Shown here: in pieces, positions 8,467 through 15,994 of the stretch
Position numbering within the stretch: the stretch's first letter is position 1
Layout of the letters: each line of letters begins with the position of its first letter
Virus record (IMG/VR): IMGVR_UViG_3300026081_000007
Span: 1-26,126 of that record
Length of the DNA: 26,126 nucleotides
Direction: 5' to 3' (one strand)
Origin: a virus
Lineage: Duplodnaviria; Caudoviricetes
Program-made: the position numbers and the translations under genes
The notes under the pieces: generated by a model
What the model saw: only the letters and a program-made list of their open reading frames with translations
What the model was told of the DNA's origin: nothing
The model's database searches: none

Positions 8467-9029
8467 TAATATAACTCCTCAATTTTATCACAAATTTTAA
8501 GTTTCAATGCGTCTTTGGCATCTAACCAAACGTCCTGCGGTGGAAGGAGTATTTCTCTTATTTGTTTCTCACTCATTCCAATACACTTTTTATAGTGATT
8601 GATCATTCTTCTTGTGCTGAGTTCGAACTCTTTAACACGAGCGAATAGTTCGTGTTCTTTACCTTCACTGCCCCAACTGTATTGGTGTGATAATATTGAA
8701 GTGTTTGGAGTCAAGATTCTTTTACCTTTAGCACCTGCTATGAATAATAAGAATCCACAACTTGCAATAAGTCCTAATCCAACAGTCTTTATTGGTATAG
8801 TACTTGCTTTCATTGTGTCTATTAAGGCAAATGCGGCATGAACATCTCCGCCTGGCGAATTAATTATAAGTGTAAGTTGTGGCAATCTATTTTCTGATAG
8901 ATTGTGATTCATTATCCACTTAATTACATCTCTGCATGAATCTGTGTTTATATCATCCATTAGTACATATATTCCGTTGGATGCTAAATTGTTTGTAGGC
9001 GTGTTGTTGTTGCTTTGCTTTTTAGCCAT
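8466..9029 (-). CDS. clpP: ClpP-family protease subunit (peptidase S14)
   Basis: LIINSPGGDV, GLIASCG (catalytic Ser), ILSHQ (His), QDVWL (Asp), KICDKI. Confidence 0.88.
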   Translation of the reverse strand: MAKKQSNNNTPTNNLASNGIYVLMDDINTDSCRDVIKWIMNHNLSENRLPQLTLIINSPGGDVHAAFALIDTMKASTIPIKTVGLGLIASCGFLLFIAGAKGKRILTPNTSILSHQYSWGSEGKEHELFARVKEFELSTRRMINHYKKCIGMSEKQIREILLPPQDVWLDAKDALKLKICDKIEELY

Positions 9030-10098
9030 TTGATATTACTCCATATAGTTGATTTCCTGAAAAGAATGTTTCTTTCAATTTTTCTTTTTGTTTATAGATT
9101 AATGGAACATATTTTTTATAGTTTTCCATGTAGTCTTCAATTTTAGCAATTATTTTTTTCTTATTTGCCAAATAGTTTTGCCAGTCCTCAGTCCATTCAC
9201 TAGGATAAGCAAATTCGGGGATAGCCATTTCGCTATAACTTAATCTATTAGGAACCATTGGTATCACATCTAATAATGCTCCTTCATACCAACTTATGCC
9301 CAATGTCTCTTGCAAGTTTGCACTGAATATAAGTTTTGCACTACCTAATAAATTATGATATTCATTCTTAGTTAAAGGCTTTTCCTGACATACCACAAAA
9401 TCATACTGTGGCATTGCATTTTTTAAATCTGTAAAAATACCAGGCTGTTTTTCTGGAGCCATTCTGTGCGGAAATAATATTGTGTTTGTTTTATCCATAT
9501 TCTTATATAAGTTTAATGTTGGTTCCATATATTCCATAGGCCAACCTACTCTGGATATTTTCTCTTTTGGTCCAGGATTCAATCCTAAATATTTTCCTGT
9601 GTCTTTAAATGCTTCTGTAAACATATCAATATGGAAATCTGTTGCAAAGAAATTGTGATCGAATACATCAAACATTGCCCGTTCAGTATTTCTGACCCAG
9701 TCTGCATCACCGATCAATCTTCCTAAAAAGTCTTGTGGATCATATGATCCGGCGTGCCACATACCACCTATCTTAATTTTAACTTTTAATAGTTCCGCCA
9801 TATATTTTAATTGTAATACTGTTGGATTCCATGCGTCTGTGTATAGGAAGTAATCACCATTTTTAATTTTACCATCACAAAACATTTTTCCTATCTTTTC
9901 CATCTGTGCTGATTTGTACACATTGGTTCCGCCGAAGTTTAAAAATGCACCAGGAGTAGTTGCCTGTGGAGTGTCTCCTCCACTTATTGTGACCACTGAT
10001 TGATTAGATGCACGTTTGAGTTGTTTAGGAAGATGTTCCTTCCACTCTTTTGTGTATCTTGTATCTACTGCTTCTAAATCTACTATGTATATTGTCAT
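9022..10098 (-). CDS. GT-B (group 1-like) glycosyltransferase
   Basis: 358 aa; ILFPHRMAPEKQP and ANLQETLGISWYEG (E-x7-E), VPNRLSYSEM. Confidence 0.8.
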   Translation of the reverse strand: MTIYIVDLEAVDTRYTKEWKEHLPKQLKRASNQSVVTISGGDTPQATTPGAFLNFGGTNVYKSAQMEKIGKMFCDGKIKNGDYFLYTDAWNPTVLQLKYMAELLKVKIKIGGMWHAGSYDPQDFLGRLIGDADWVRNTERAMFDVFDHNFFATDFHIDMFTEAFKDTGKYLGLNPGPKEKISRVGWPMEYMEPTLNLYKNMDKTNTILFPHRMAPEKQPGIFTDLKNAMPQYDFVVCQEKPLTKNEYHNLLGSAKLIFSANLQETLGISWYEGALLDVIPMVPNRLSYSEMAIPEFAYPSEWTEDWQNYLANKKKIIAKIEDYMENYKKYVPLIYKQKEKLKETFFSGNQLYGVISNG

Positions 10099-10262
10099 TT
10101 GTCTTCTAAATATCCTAATAATGCTAAACCTATAAAAAAGAAAGCACCAAACATAAACATATCGCTAACGAATTCATCTCCACCATATAGACCAGGCATA
10201 GGCATAAACCATGCAAAGCCTACAAGTAGAACAAGTCCTATGGCACCAAATAGCACCCACAT
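10095..10262 (-). CDS. small two-helix membrane protein (55 aa)
   Basis: Start moved to ATG 10262, one base after the upstream stop. Two hydrophobic segments, WVLFGAIGLVLLVGFAWFM and MFMFGAFFFIGLALLGYL. Confidence 0.7.
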   Translation of the reverse strand: MWVLFGAIGLVLLVGFAWFMPMPGLYGGDEFVSDMFMFGAFFFIGLALLGYLEDK

Positions 10263-10263
10263 A

Positions 10264-10683
10264 CTAAACCTCCGATGTAACTTCTTGTCCTTTATGATAA
10301 TATGCGTGACTTCCGTTTTCTCCATCTTCACTTACTTCTATTTCAATATCTCTGTTAGGATATTTTTTGTTTATTTCAGCATATAAATCATCGCTGATCA
10401 TTTCACAAGATTTAAAGTTTAATTGCAACGTTTTTTCTGTGTACAATTTCTCTAACCATCTCTTGAACTGAATAAACTCAATATCTCTATCATCATGGAA
10501 TACTTCTATTCCTACTTTGAAATGAAAGATGTGTCTATGAACATAACCTAAGAATGAAACATCATATTCATCACCTGTTGCCAATTTTGGATCATCCAAA
10601 GCCGCAGGATATTTGTGAAGTCCTTCTTTTCTAAAAGTTACCCATATCAGTTTGTTTACGTGTTTTTCCATATTTTTAAACAT
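10264..10683 (-). CDS. QueD/PTPS-paralog T-fold protein, DpdL-like (putative 7-carboxy-7-deazaguanine decarboxylase)
   Basis: EGLHKYP, LGYVHRHIF (LxxxHRHxF), RDIEFIQFK, SCEMI, VSEDGENG. Lacks the canonical QueD CxxxHGH. The DpdL assignment rests on a recalled signature and was not searched. Confidence 0.75.
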   Translation of the reverse strand: MFKNMEKHVNKLIWVTFRKEGLHKYPAALDDPKLATGDEYDVSFLGYVHRHIFHFKVGIEVFHDDRDIEFIQFKRWLEKLYTEKTLQLNFKSCEMISDDLYAEINKKYPNRDIEIEVSEDGENGSHAYYHKGQEVTSEV

Positions 10684-10689
10684 TCCTTT

Positions 10690-10718
10690 AGTATAGCATT
10701 TTTACTCTTCATTGTCAA
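10690..10718 (-). promoter_or_regulatory. sigma70-type promoter TTGACA-N17-TATACT with extended -10 (TGn)
   Basis: -35 at 10718..10713, -10 at 10695..10690, TG one base upstream of the -10. Confidence 0.75.
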
Positions 10719-11214
10719 CGTCAATAACCGTATCGCCAACGTATTCAGACCAATCTGTGTAGTGCATATTTTCTGTGATCGCTTTTAAGTTTTTACTCCA
10801 AACACCTGTGTTTGAATGTCCCCACGTCACATCATCAATTTTCAGTGTGGTATTTTTATTCAACTTGTAAATGTTTGGTATCTTTGCACTCACCATCGGA
10901 ATGAATCTTTCAAATTTCATTAGTCCTGTATCTGTAACAGTTTCAATAAATTCTATACCAAAGTCCAATGTGACCCAGTATTTGTTTTCTAATAATTCTT
11001 TCATGACAGTTGTAAACTTCTCGTTGCCGTCATAACTTTGACTTGTCCCAAAATAAATGTGTTTGCAATTATGATGATCAGCCAAGTCCATTATTTCTTT
11101 TACATCTCTAGTACCAACGACAAATAATGTTCTAAAACCTTTTGCTATTGTGTTTTCTATTTCATCTCCTACGAAATATACAACCTGTTTCCTTTTTGCT
11201 GTGTCTAACGCCAT
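10702..11214 (-). CDS. hypothetical protein within the deazaguanine locus
   Basis: 170-aa ORF (YFVGDEIE, TLFVVG, HIYFG, LKIDD, SNTGVW). Confidence 0.8.
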   Translation of the reverse strand: MALDTAKRKQVVYFVGDEIENTIAKGFRTLFVVGTRDVKEIMDLADHHNCKHIYFGTSQSYDGNEKFTTVMKELLENKYWVTLDFGIEFIETVTDTGLMKFERFIPMVSAKIPNIYKLNKNTTLKIDDVTWGHSNTGVWSKNLKAITENMHYTDWSEYVGDTVIDVDNEE

Positions 11215-12107
11215 TCAATGTATCCTCTGTTATAGCCTGGCATTCTTAGATCGCCTTCCTTGAAAGCATCTCGCCATTCTGTTTCTCTGTCATATCCTTG
11301 ACTCCAAAAGCCACTAATGTCTAACGCACCAGTCTCGATCATTTTGACTGCCATGCTCATACATCTTTTAAAGTCTTTTTGTCTTGGACTTGGAAATATT
11401 ACTGTCGCCGCATTCCATAATAGTTTGCTGAAACTTGTTGTGATGCCGTTTGTTTTTTCTGCACCCAACACAACCAATCCCTGTTCATTAATTAAATCTT
11501 GTGTAAACACTTCATCCCTTGTGTTAAGATCCACAACAATATCATAACCACCATCTACCTTATCTTTAAGTTTGTCTCCCCAAAGTTCTTTGTTGCTACT
11601 GCCCAATACTTCTACATCAAAGAAATAATGTGCATTAAGATATTGATATACAACCCATGCTAAAAAGCCACTGCCAATAATTAAAAGTTTTGCACCTTTT
11701 ACATTACGTTTTTCAAATTGGCTTTCATCTTGCATAACAACATTTAAACCACAAGCAACTGGTTCAATGATGTATTTAGGGTCGAGTGCAGGCACTTTTA
11801 CATAAGTTCCAAAGTTTGCATTGTATTCATCTGCGTATGCAGGTTCACCTCTAGTGGCAACTAGATCACCTTCTTCTACGTCTTTGATATCTTCACCTAT
11901 TTCTAACACTTCGCCAAGTCCTTCATGTCCTTGCATTTCCAAAGGCAAAGGACCAAATTTACCATTCATCATATCTATATCACTTCTGCACACACCCGTC
12001 ATTTTCGTTTGTACACGTATCTGATTAGGACCTATAGCAGGCAGTTCAAAGTCCTTCTCTTCGAAAGATCCATTACCTTCAGTGTAAAGTATTTTCACTG
12101 TTTTCAT
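11205..12107 (-). CDS. medium-chain (Zn-type) dehydrogenase/reductase
   Basis: TGVCRSD, GHEGLGEV, GDLV, IEPVACG, IIGSGFLA (Rossmann). The structural-Zn Cys lobe is absent. Confidence 0.88.
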   Translation of the reverse strand: MKTVKILYTEGNGSFEEKDFELPAIGPNQIRVQTKMTGVCRSDIDMMNGKFGPLPLEMQGHEGLGEVLEIGEDIKDVEEGDLVATRGEPAYADEYNANFGTYVKVPALDPKYIIEPVACGLNVVMQDESQFEKRNVKGAKLLIIGSGFLAWVVYQYLNAHYFFDVEVLGSSNKELWGDKLKDKVDGGYDIVVDLNTRDEVFTQDLINEQGLVVLGAEKTNGITTSFSKLLWNAATVIFPSPRQKDFKRCMSMAVKMIETGALDISGFWSQGYDRETEWRDAFKEGDLRMPGYNRGYIEWR

Positions 12108-12990
12108 TCAGTAACTCCTGTATCCATAAATCTATATCTAATTGATTGTTCCAAAAGTATCCGTCGTCCATATGTACAAGGGTATCTTCTATCATTTTTC
12201 TGTATGCACTTTCAGGACACAATCCTAATTGTATCGACTCGCCGTTGCTTTCTCCACCTTTATAAAAATGCATAGCAATATCATCACCAAATGGACTTTT
12301 CCAACTTGCATTTAGTATGAAAGTCTTATCACCATTAGACAGTGTTAGTTCTGCATGGTCAGGCACATCATAAACTCCATTTTTATCTACCACTCCATAG
12401 TCAGTGCCTGTGCAATCTTTTAATGTGTATTTTTGTTCTGTTGTAAATTTTTTAACACTATAATCTTTAAAGTTTGGCCCTGCCACTGCTACAAATAAAC
12501 TTATTAAGTGTGGCAGTAAATCTTTTTCAACACCGCCCAATGCAAATTTACTATTGGTAAACCAAGTACCTGGATTAGGTATTCTATTTCCATTTATCCA
12601 ATTTATTTGTACAAGATCACTTGATGCGAATTTTGTTTTCATTTCTTCAATGTTATCACGCCACATATTATTCTTTGTCATTACAAATCTTGTAGGTTGA
12701 TTTAAATTGTTTAAGATCCGCCAATGGTCGGAAGATTCAACTCCAGGCTTTTCTACAAATACCAATTTTGTATGTGGTGCCACCTTCTGTGCAACTTTAA
12801 AATGCAAATGATTTGGGACACATATATGAGCAGTGTCAAATGGACTGTGTGATGCAAGTGCTGTTGTAAGTTCAATAAAGTCGGCTTTTTTAGATTGATC
12901 TCTATCCACAGTAATTACTTCATGTCCCATCTGTGTAAGGACATCCTTGTATAACTGACCAAATCCCATTCCAACTATTAAACTTTTCAT
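12079..12990 (-). CDS. Gfo/Idh/MocA-family NAD(P) oxidoreductase
   Basis: LIVGMGFG, ICVPNHLH, VFVEKP, GGVEKDLLPH (GG-x3-D-x3-H). Confidence 0.9.
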   Translation of the reverse strand: MKSLIVGMGFGQLYKDVLTQMGHEVITVDRDQSKKADFIELTTALASHSPFDTAHICVPNHLHFKVAQKVAPHTKLVFVEKPGVESSDHWRILNNLNQPTRFVMTKNNMWRDNIEEMKTKFASSDLVQINWINGNRIPNPGTWFTNSKFALGGVEKDLLPHLISLFVAVAGPNFKDYSVKKFTTEQKYTLKDCTGTDYGVVDKNGVYDVPDHAELTLSNGDKTFILNASWKSPFGDDIAMHFYKGGESNGESIQLGLCPESAYRKMIEDTLVHMDDGYFWNNQLDIDLWIQELLNENSENTLH

Positions 12991-13184
12991 CCGTTTACTG
13001 ATCTCTTCATATTATCTAATTGTGTTTTTAAAAATAATTTAATTTTCTTAAACTTTACAAGTATTTGTTTGCCGTCCCAACTTCTGTCGTAGCCTCGTTC
13101 CTCTTCCATTTCTACGACTTTCTTTTTATACCAATCGTATTCCTTTTGTACTGCCTTTATTTTCTTACTTCTTATTTTTGCCAT
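12987..13184 (-). CDS. small basic coiled-coil hypothetical protein
   Basis: Start moved to ATG 13184 (MAKIRS), with a GGAGG SD in the end of the upstream gene. Confidence 0.7.
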   Translation of the reverse strand: MAKIRSKKIKAVQKEYDWYKKKVVEMEEERGYDRSWDGKQILVKFKKIKLFLKTQLDNMKRSVNG

Positions 13185-13185
13185 A

Positions 13186-14661
13186 TTATACCTCCTCGAA
13201 TAAGTTTCCAAATTGTGTAGAAGCATTAACAGTTTTCTTACCTGTTGCTCCCCTTGTTCCTATAATTGACATCCAGAATCTACTAAACTCTTCTATTACT
13301 GCGTTTGCTTCATCTCTACTGCTTGTTGCAAATACGGCATTAACAATATCTCTGAAAGCAATTCTATCAAACTTTTCTTCAACTAACATCTTAGGATTAA
13401 TTCCTTTGTCATATGCTTCGTTGGCTTCTTGAACTGCTTTGATATGCATCCAAACATTGTGAGCCATCTGTAGTGTATAACTAAAACTATCCCAACTTGT
13501 TTTTGGATCGTTTTTCATTTTATTCAAATCACCTGGATTGTAACAAGTGATATCTTTAAGCATCCATCTTTCACTTACAGGACTGTCTCTAAATGCAGGA
13601 AAAATTCCTTTGTCTAGCACAGCCTCTCTAAATGATCTAGTGTCTTTTGCAAATGCTTTGTCGTCTGCACTTGGCAACATTCTGTATACCCATTTCTTTT
13701 TGTCTTTAATTTCAATATCTGTATAAACTTGTCCATTTGCACTGGCTAAGAAAGGACTAGCACAATCAAATGTAATCATAAAGTTTTCATTGTGATACTT
13801 TCTAACTGCTCTTTGTACATCAGTTAATAGCACTGCCCACTCCAATTTGCTTGTACCTAGGAAGTGCATCACATCATGTTTGCCTTTTTCAAGCAATCCA
13901 TCAAATCTTAATGCAACCAAACGTTTCAGAGCCAAATGGATATCACACATATTTTGTCCACCCATTGCCCAGCCGTTGAAGTGATCTGTATATTTCTTAG
14001 GATCACAATAGTCTTTCATTTGAAGATACCAATCATCTGCTTGTTGGAAGTTTTCACCTTGAAGCACATTTAAAAACTTACAATTACCATTTCTATTTTT
14101 CATAAAATAGTCGTTGTTTATTTTTGTGCCATCAACTGCTTCTTGATATGAGTTGATATTACTTGCTTTCGCGCCTTGAGGAGACCGCGACACCCAAGCG
14201 GGAATATCAAGTATCATACCATAGTCCATATTATGATCCATGAACTCTAGCACTTGTTCTCTTTTCTTTTTGGATTTAGGACAGGTTGGATCTTTCCAAT
14301 CACCTTCCCAAACTCCTTTACCAATCTGGAAACCACCAGAGTCACCTAATAACCAATTGTCTTTTCTATCTCTGTTTCTTATGATATCATCTCTAACAGA
14401 AAAGTGTTTCATGTTTAAGTCGGCGTGTCCTGCCGAATATAAATGCCACTTGTAATAGAAATAAGTGTCCTTTGGTTTCATGTAGTTTAAACCTTCGACG
14501 CCATGTTCAAAGTTTTGCGGAACTCTCTTAGGCAAGATATAATCTTCTTCGTGTCTTGCTTTACCCAAGTCTCTAGCAAAGAAACTGCTCATAGCAGGAA
14601 GGAACGTTGCGTAGTCCTTCTGTTTGTCAGTTAAACTATCAGTTGGTATCTTCTTATCCAT
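13186..14661 (-). CDS. tRNA-guanine transglycosylase-superfamily protein, probable DNA 7-deazaguanine transglycosylase (DpdA-like)
   Basis: GDSGGFQ, MILDIP, NVLQG, WAMGG, MHFLG, ITFDCAS, MAHNVW, in TGT order. Clustered with folE, queE and the queD paralog. Confidence 0.85.
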   Translation of the reverse strand: MDKKIPTDSLTDKQKDYATFLPAMSSFFARDLGKARHEEDYILPKRVPQNFEHGVEGLNYMKPKDTYFYYKWHLYSAGHADLNMKHFSVRDDIIRNRDRKDNWLLGDSGGFQIGKGVWEGDWKDPTCPKSKKKREQVLEFMDHNMDYGMILDIPAWVSRSPQGAKASNINSYQEAVDGTKINNDYFMKNRNGNCKFLNVLQGENFQQADDWYLQMKDYCDPKKYTDHFNGWAMGGQNMCDIHLALKRLVALRFDGLLEKGKHDVMHFLGTSKLEWAVLLTDVQRAVRKYHNENFMITFDCASPFLASANGQVYTDIEIKDKKKWVYRMLPSADDKAFAKDTRSFREAVLDKGIFPAFRDSPVSERWMLKDITCYNPGDLNKMKNDPKTSWDSFSYTLQMAHNVWMHIKAVQEANEAYDKGINPKMLVEEKFDRIAFRDIVNAVFATSSRDEANAVIEEFSRFWMSIIGTRGATGKKTVNASTQFGNLFEEV

Positions 14662-14664
14662 GTA

Positions 14665-15393
14665 CTACTTTGTTTGTGCAGGCAGTATGTAATCATATTG
14701 ACCAATACCACTATCCACTGTTATTTTCATTGCTCCTTGATCAGATATACTCATCTGTATTCTACCATCAAGACTCAAAATACTAATAACTTGTTGTATA
14801 GGCCAACTCCAAGTATTTTTCAATTCATTGGATACCGCTTGTTCGAATACAAATGAACCTGCGTGTGAGTTTGCATCACCGAAATAAAACACAAGATTGT
14901 TACCTTCTGTCTTAACTGTGAACACAGTTTCTTCCACGTGTGCCGCCGCTTGTAGTTTCAATCTAGCAATCGCCGCCACTCTTGGTTCAAATTCTATATC
15001 CCAAGCAGTGCCTTTAAATTTTACTGACTTTAATTTTTCATTGATGATTTCAGTGCTCATAAATCTGTAATCATTTTTAAAATCTTTTCCAGCATTTTCA
15101 AAGTGTATGTGTGTTGGAATTGTTTTGCCATTTCTTTCTGCTGACTTAACTTCAATCTTTGCGTCCTTCTGATATTCAGGACATTTTAAGTGAAGCGCCA
15201 ACTTGTCTAAGTTTGGCATACCAAACACACCATCAAATTCATTTACTTTGTTGTTTGTGTTTGCTGAAAGTATCACTGATCTGTCCTCAGCCATGCTTTC
15301 TATTTTAGTTTGCTCTTCATTAGTCACTTTAACTAAACTTAAAAAGCCTAGCGAGTGAGTATGGGCAACTATATCTTGTAAGATGTCTTTCAT
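14665..15393 (-). CDS. probable DNA polymerase sliding clamp (gp45/PCNA-like)
   Basis: 242 aa with alternating beta/alpha pattern, C-terminal GAMKITVDSGIGQYDYILPA reminiscent of the PCNA terminal strands, next to the polymerase. Inference from size, pattern and context. Confidence 0.6.
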   Translation of the reverse strand: MKDILQDIVAHTHSLGFLSLVKVTNEEQTKIESMAEDRSVILSANTNNKVNEFDGVFGMPNLDKLALHLKCPEYQKDAKIEVKSAERNGKTIPTHIHFENAGKDFKNDYRFMSTEIINEKLKSVKFKGTAWDIEFEPRVAAIARLKLQAAAHVEETVFTVKTEGNNLVFYFGDANSHAGSFVFEQAVSNELKNTWSWPIQQVISILSLDGRIQMSISDQGAMKITVDSGIGQYDYILPAQTK

Positions 15394-15413
15394 TATTTTC
15401 TCCTCATTGTTAC

Positions 15414-15442
15414 ATTATATTTAGGTTTTGGCGAAAAGTCAA
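15414..15442 (-). promoter_or_regulatory. sigma70-type promoter TTGACT-N17-TATAAT with an overlapping TAAATA core (15418..15423)
   Basis: -35 at 15442..15437, -10 at 15419..15414; intergenic; AGGAGA SD before the clamp gene. Confidence 0.8.
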
Positions 15443-15454
15443 TCACGAATCCTA

Positions 15455-15994
15455 TCATCTTTTCTTAACCCCAAACCGTTTATACGCCTTTTGGACACTC
15501 TTTGCTTGGAAATAACAATCAGCAAGTGCATTGTGCAAATCCATTTGTATTCCTTTCCTTGGATCTTCCGGCAACATACCAAATAATGTTCTACTATCAC
15601 GTATTTGCCAATAGTTCCAAGGCACAGGTGTTTCTAATTGTGCATATAAATTTTGTAAGATTGCGTAGTCAAACAACGGACCTTGACACCAAAGTTCGTC
15701 TAATCCTACACACCATTTGTTAAGTTGTCTAACAAATTCTGTCAGCGGCACTCTATCCTCATCTCCCAGTGCTTCTTCTCTAATTTTTTCATCTTGTTTA
15801 CCCCACCATTCTAAAGTTCCGTTATCCACATGGCGATTTAAATCACTTTGTTCGTCTACATTTAATCTGAGGTATAATCCATTGTGAGGTTCTTGTTCTG
15901 TGTATGGATCAAATTTTATAGCACCCACAGTCAATACAGTGGCATCTGGTCTAGTGCTTAAAGTTTCCAAGTCTATCATTCCATGTGTAGCCAT
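15455..15994 (-). CDS. DEDDh 3'-5' exonuclease (DexA/Rv2179c-like)
   Basis: MIDLETL, GPLFDYAIL, IRDSRTL, HNALADC. Confidence 0.9.
   Translation of the reverse strand: MATHGMIDLETLSTRPDATVLTVGAIKFDPYTEQEPHNGLYLRLNVDEQSDLNRHVDNGTLEWWGKQDEKIREEALGDEDRVPLTEFVRQLNKWCVGLDELWCQGPLFDYAILQNLYAQLETPVPWNYWQIRDSRTLFGMLPEDPRKGIQMDLHNALADCYFQAKSVQKAYKRFGVKKR

Noticed and set aside
13186-14661. Calling this a conventional tRNA-modifying Tgt
   Set aside because: It has the DSGGFQ motif but is 491 aa, lacks the CxCxxC zinc motif, sits beside replication genes and carries a polymerase-like tail. A DNA-acting DpdA is more likely, though tRNA activity is not formally excluded.
15822-15830. Second TTATCCACA DnaA-box match
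   Set aside because: It lies inside the exonuclease coding sequence and is isolated; consistent with chance.
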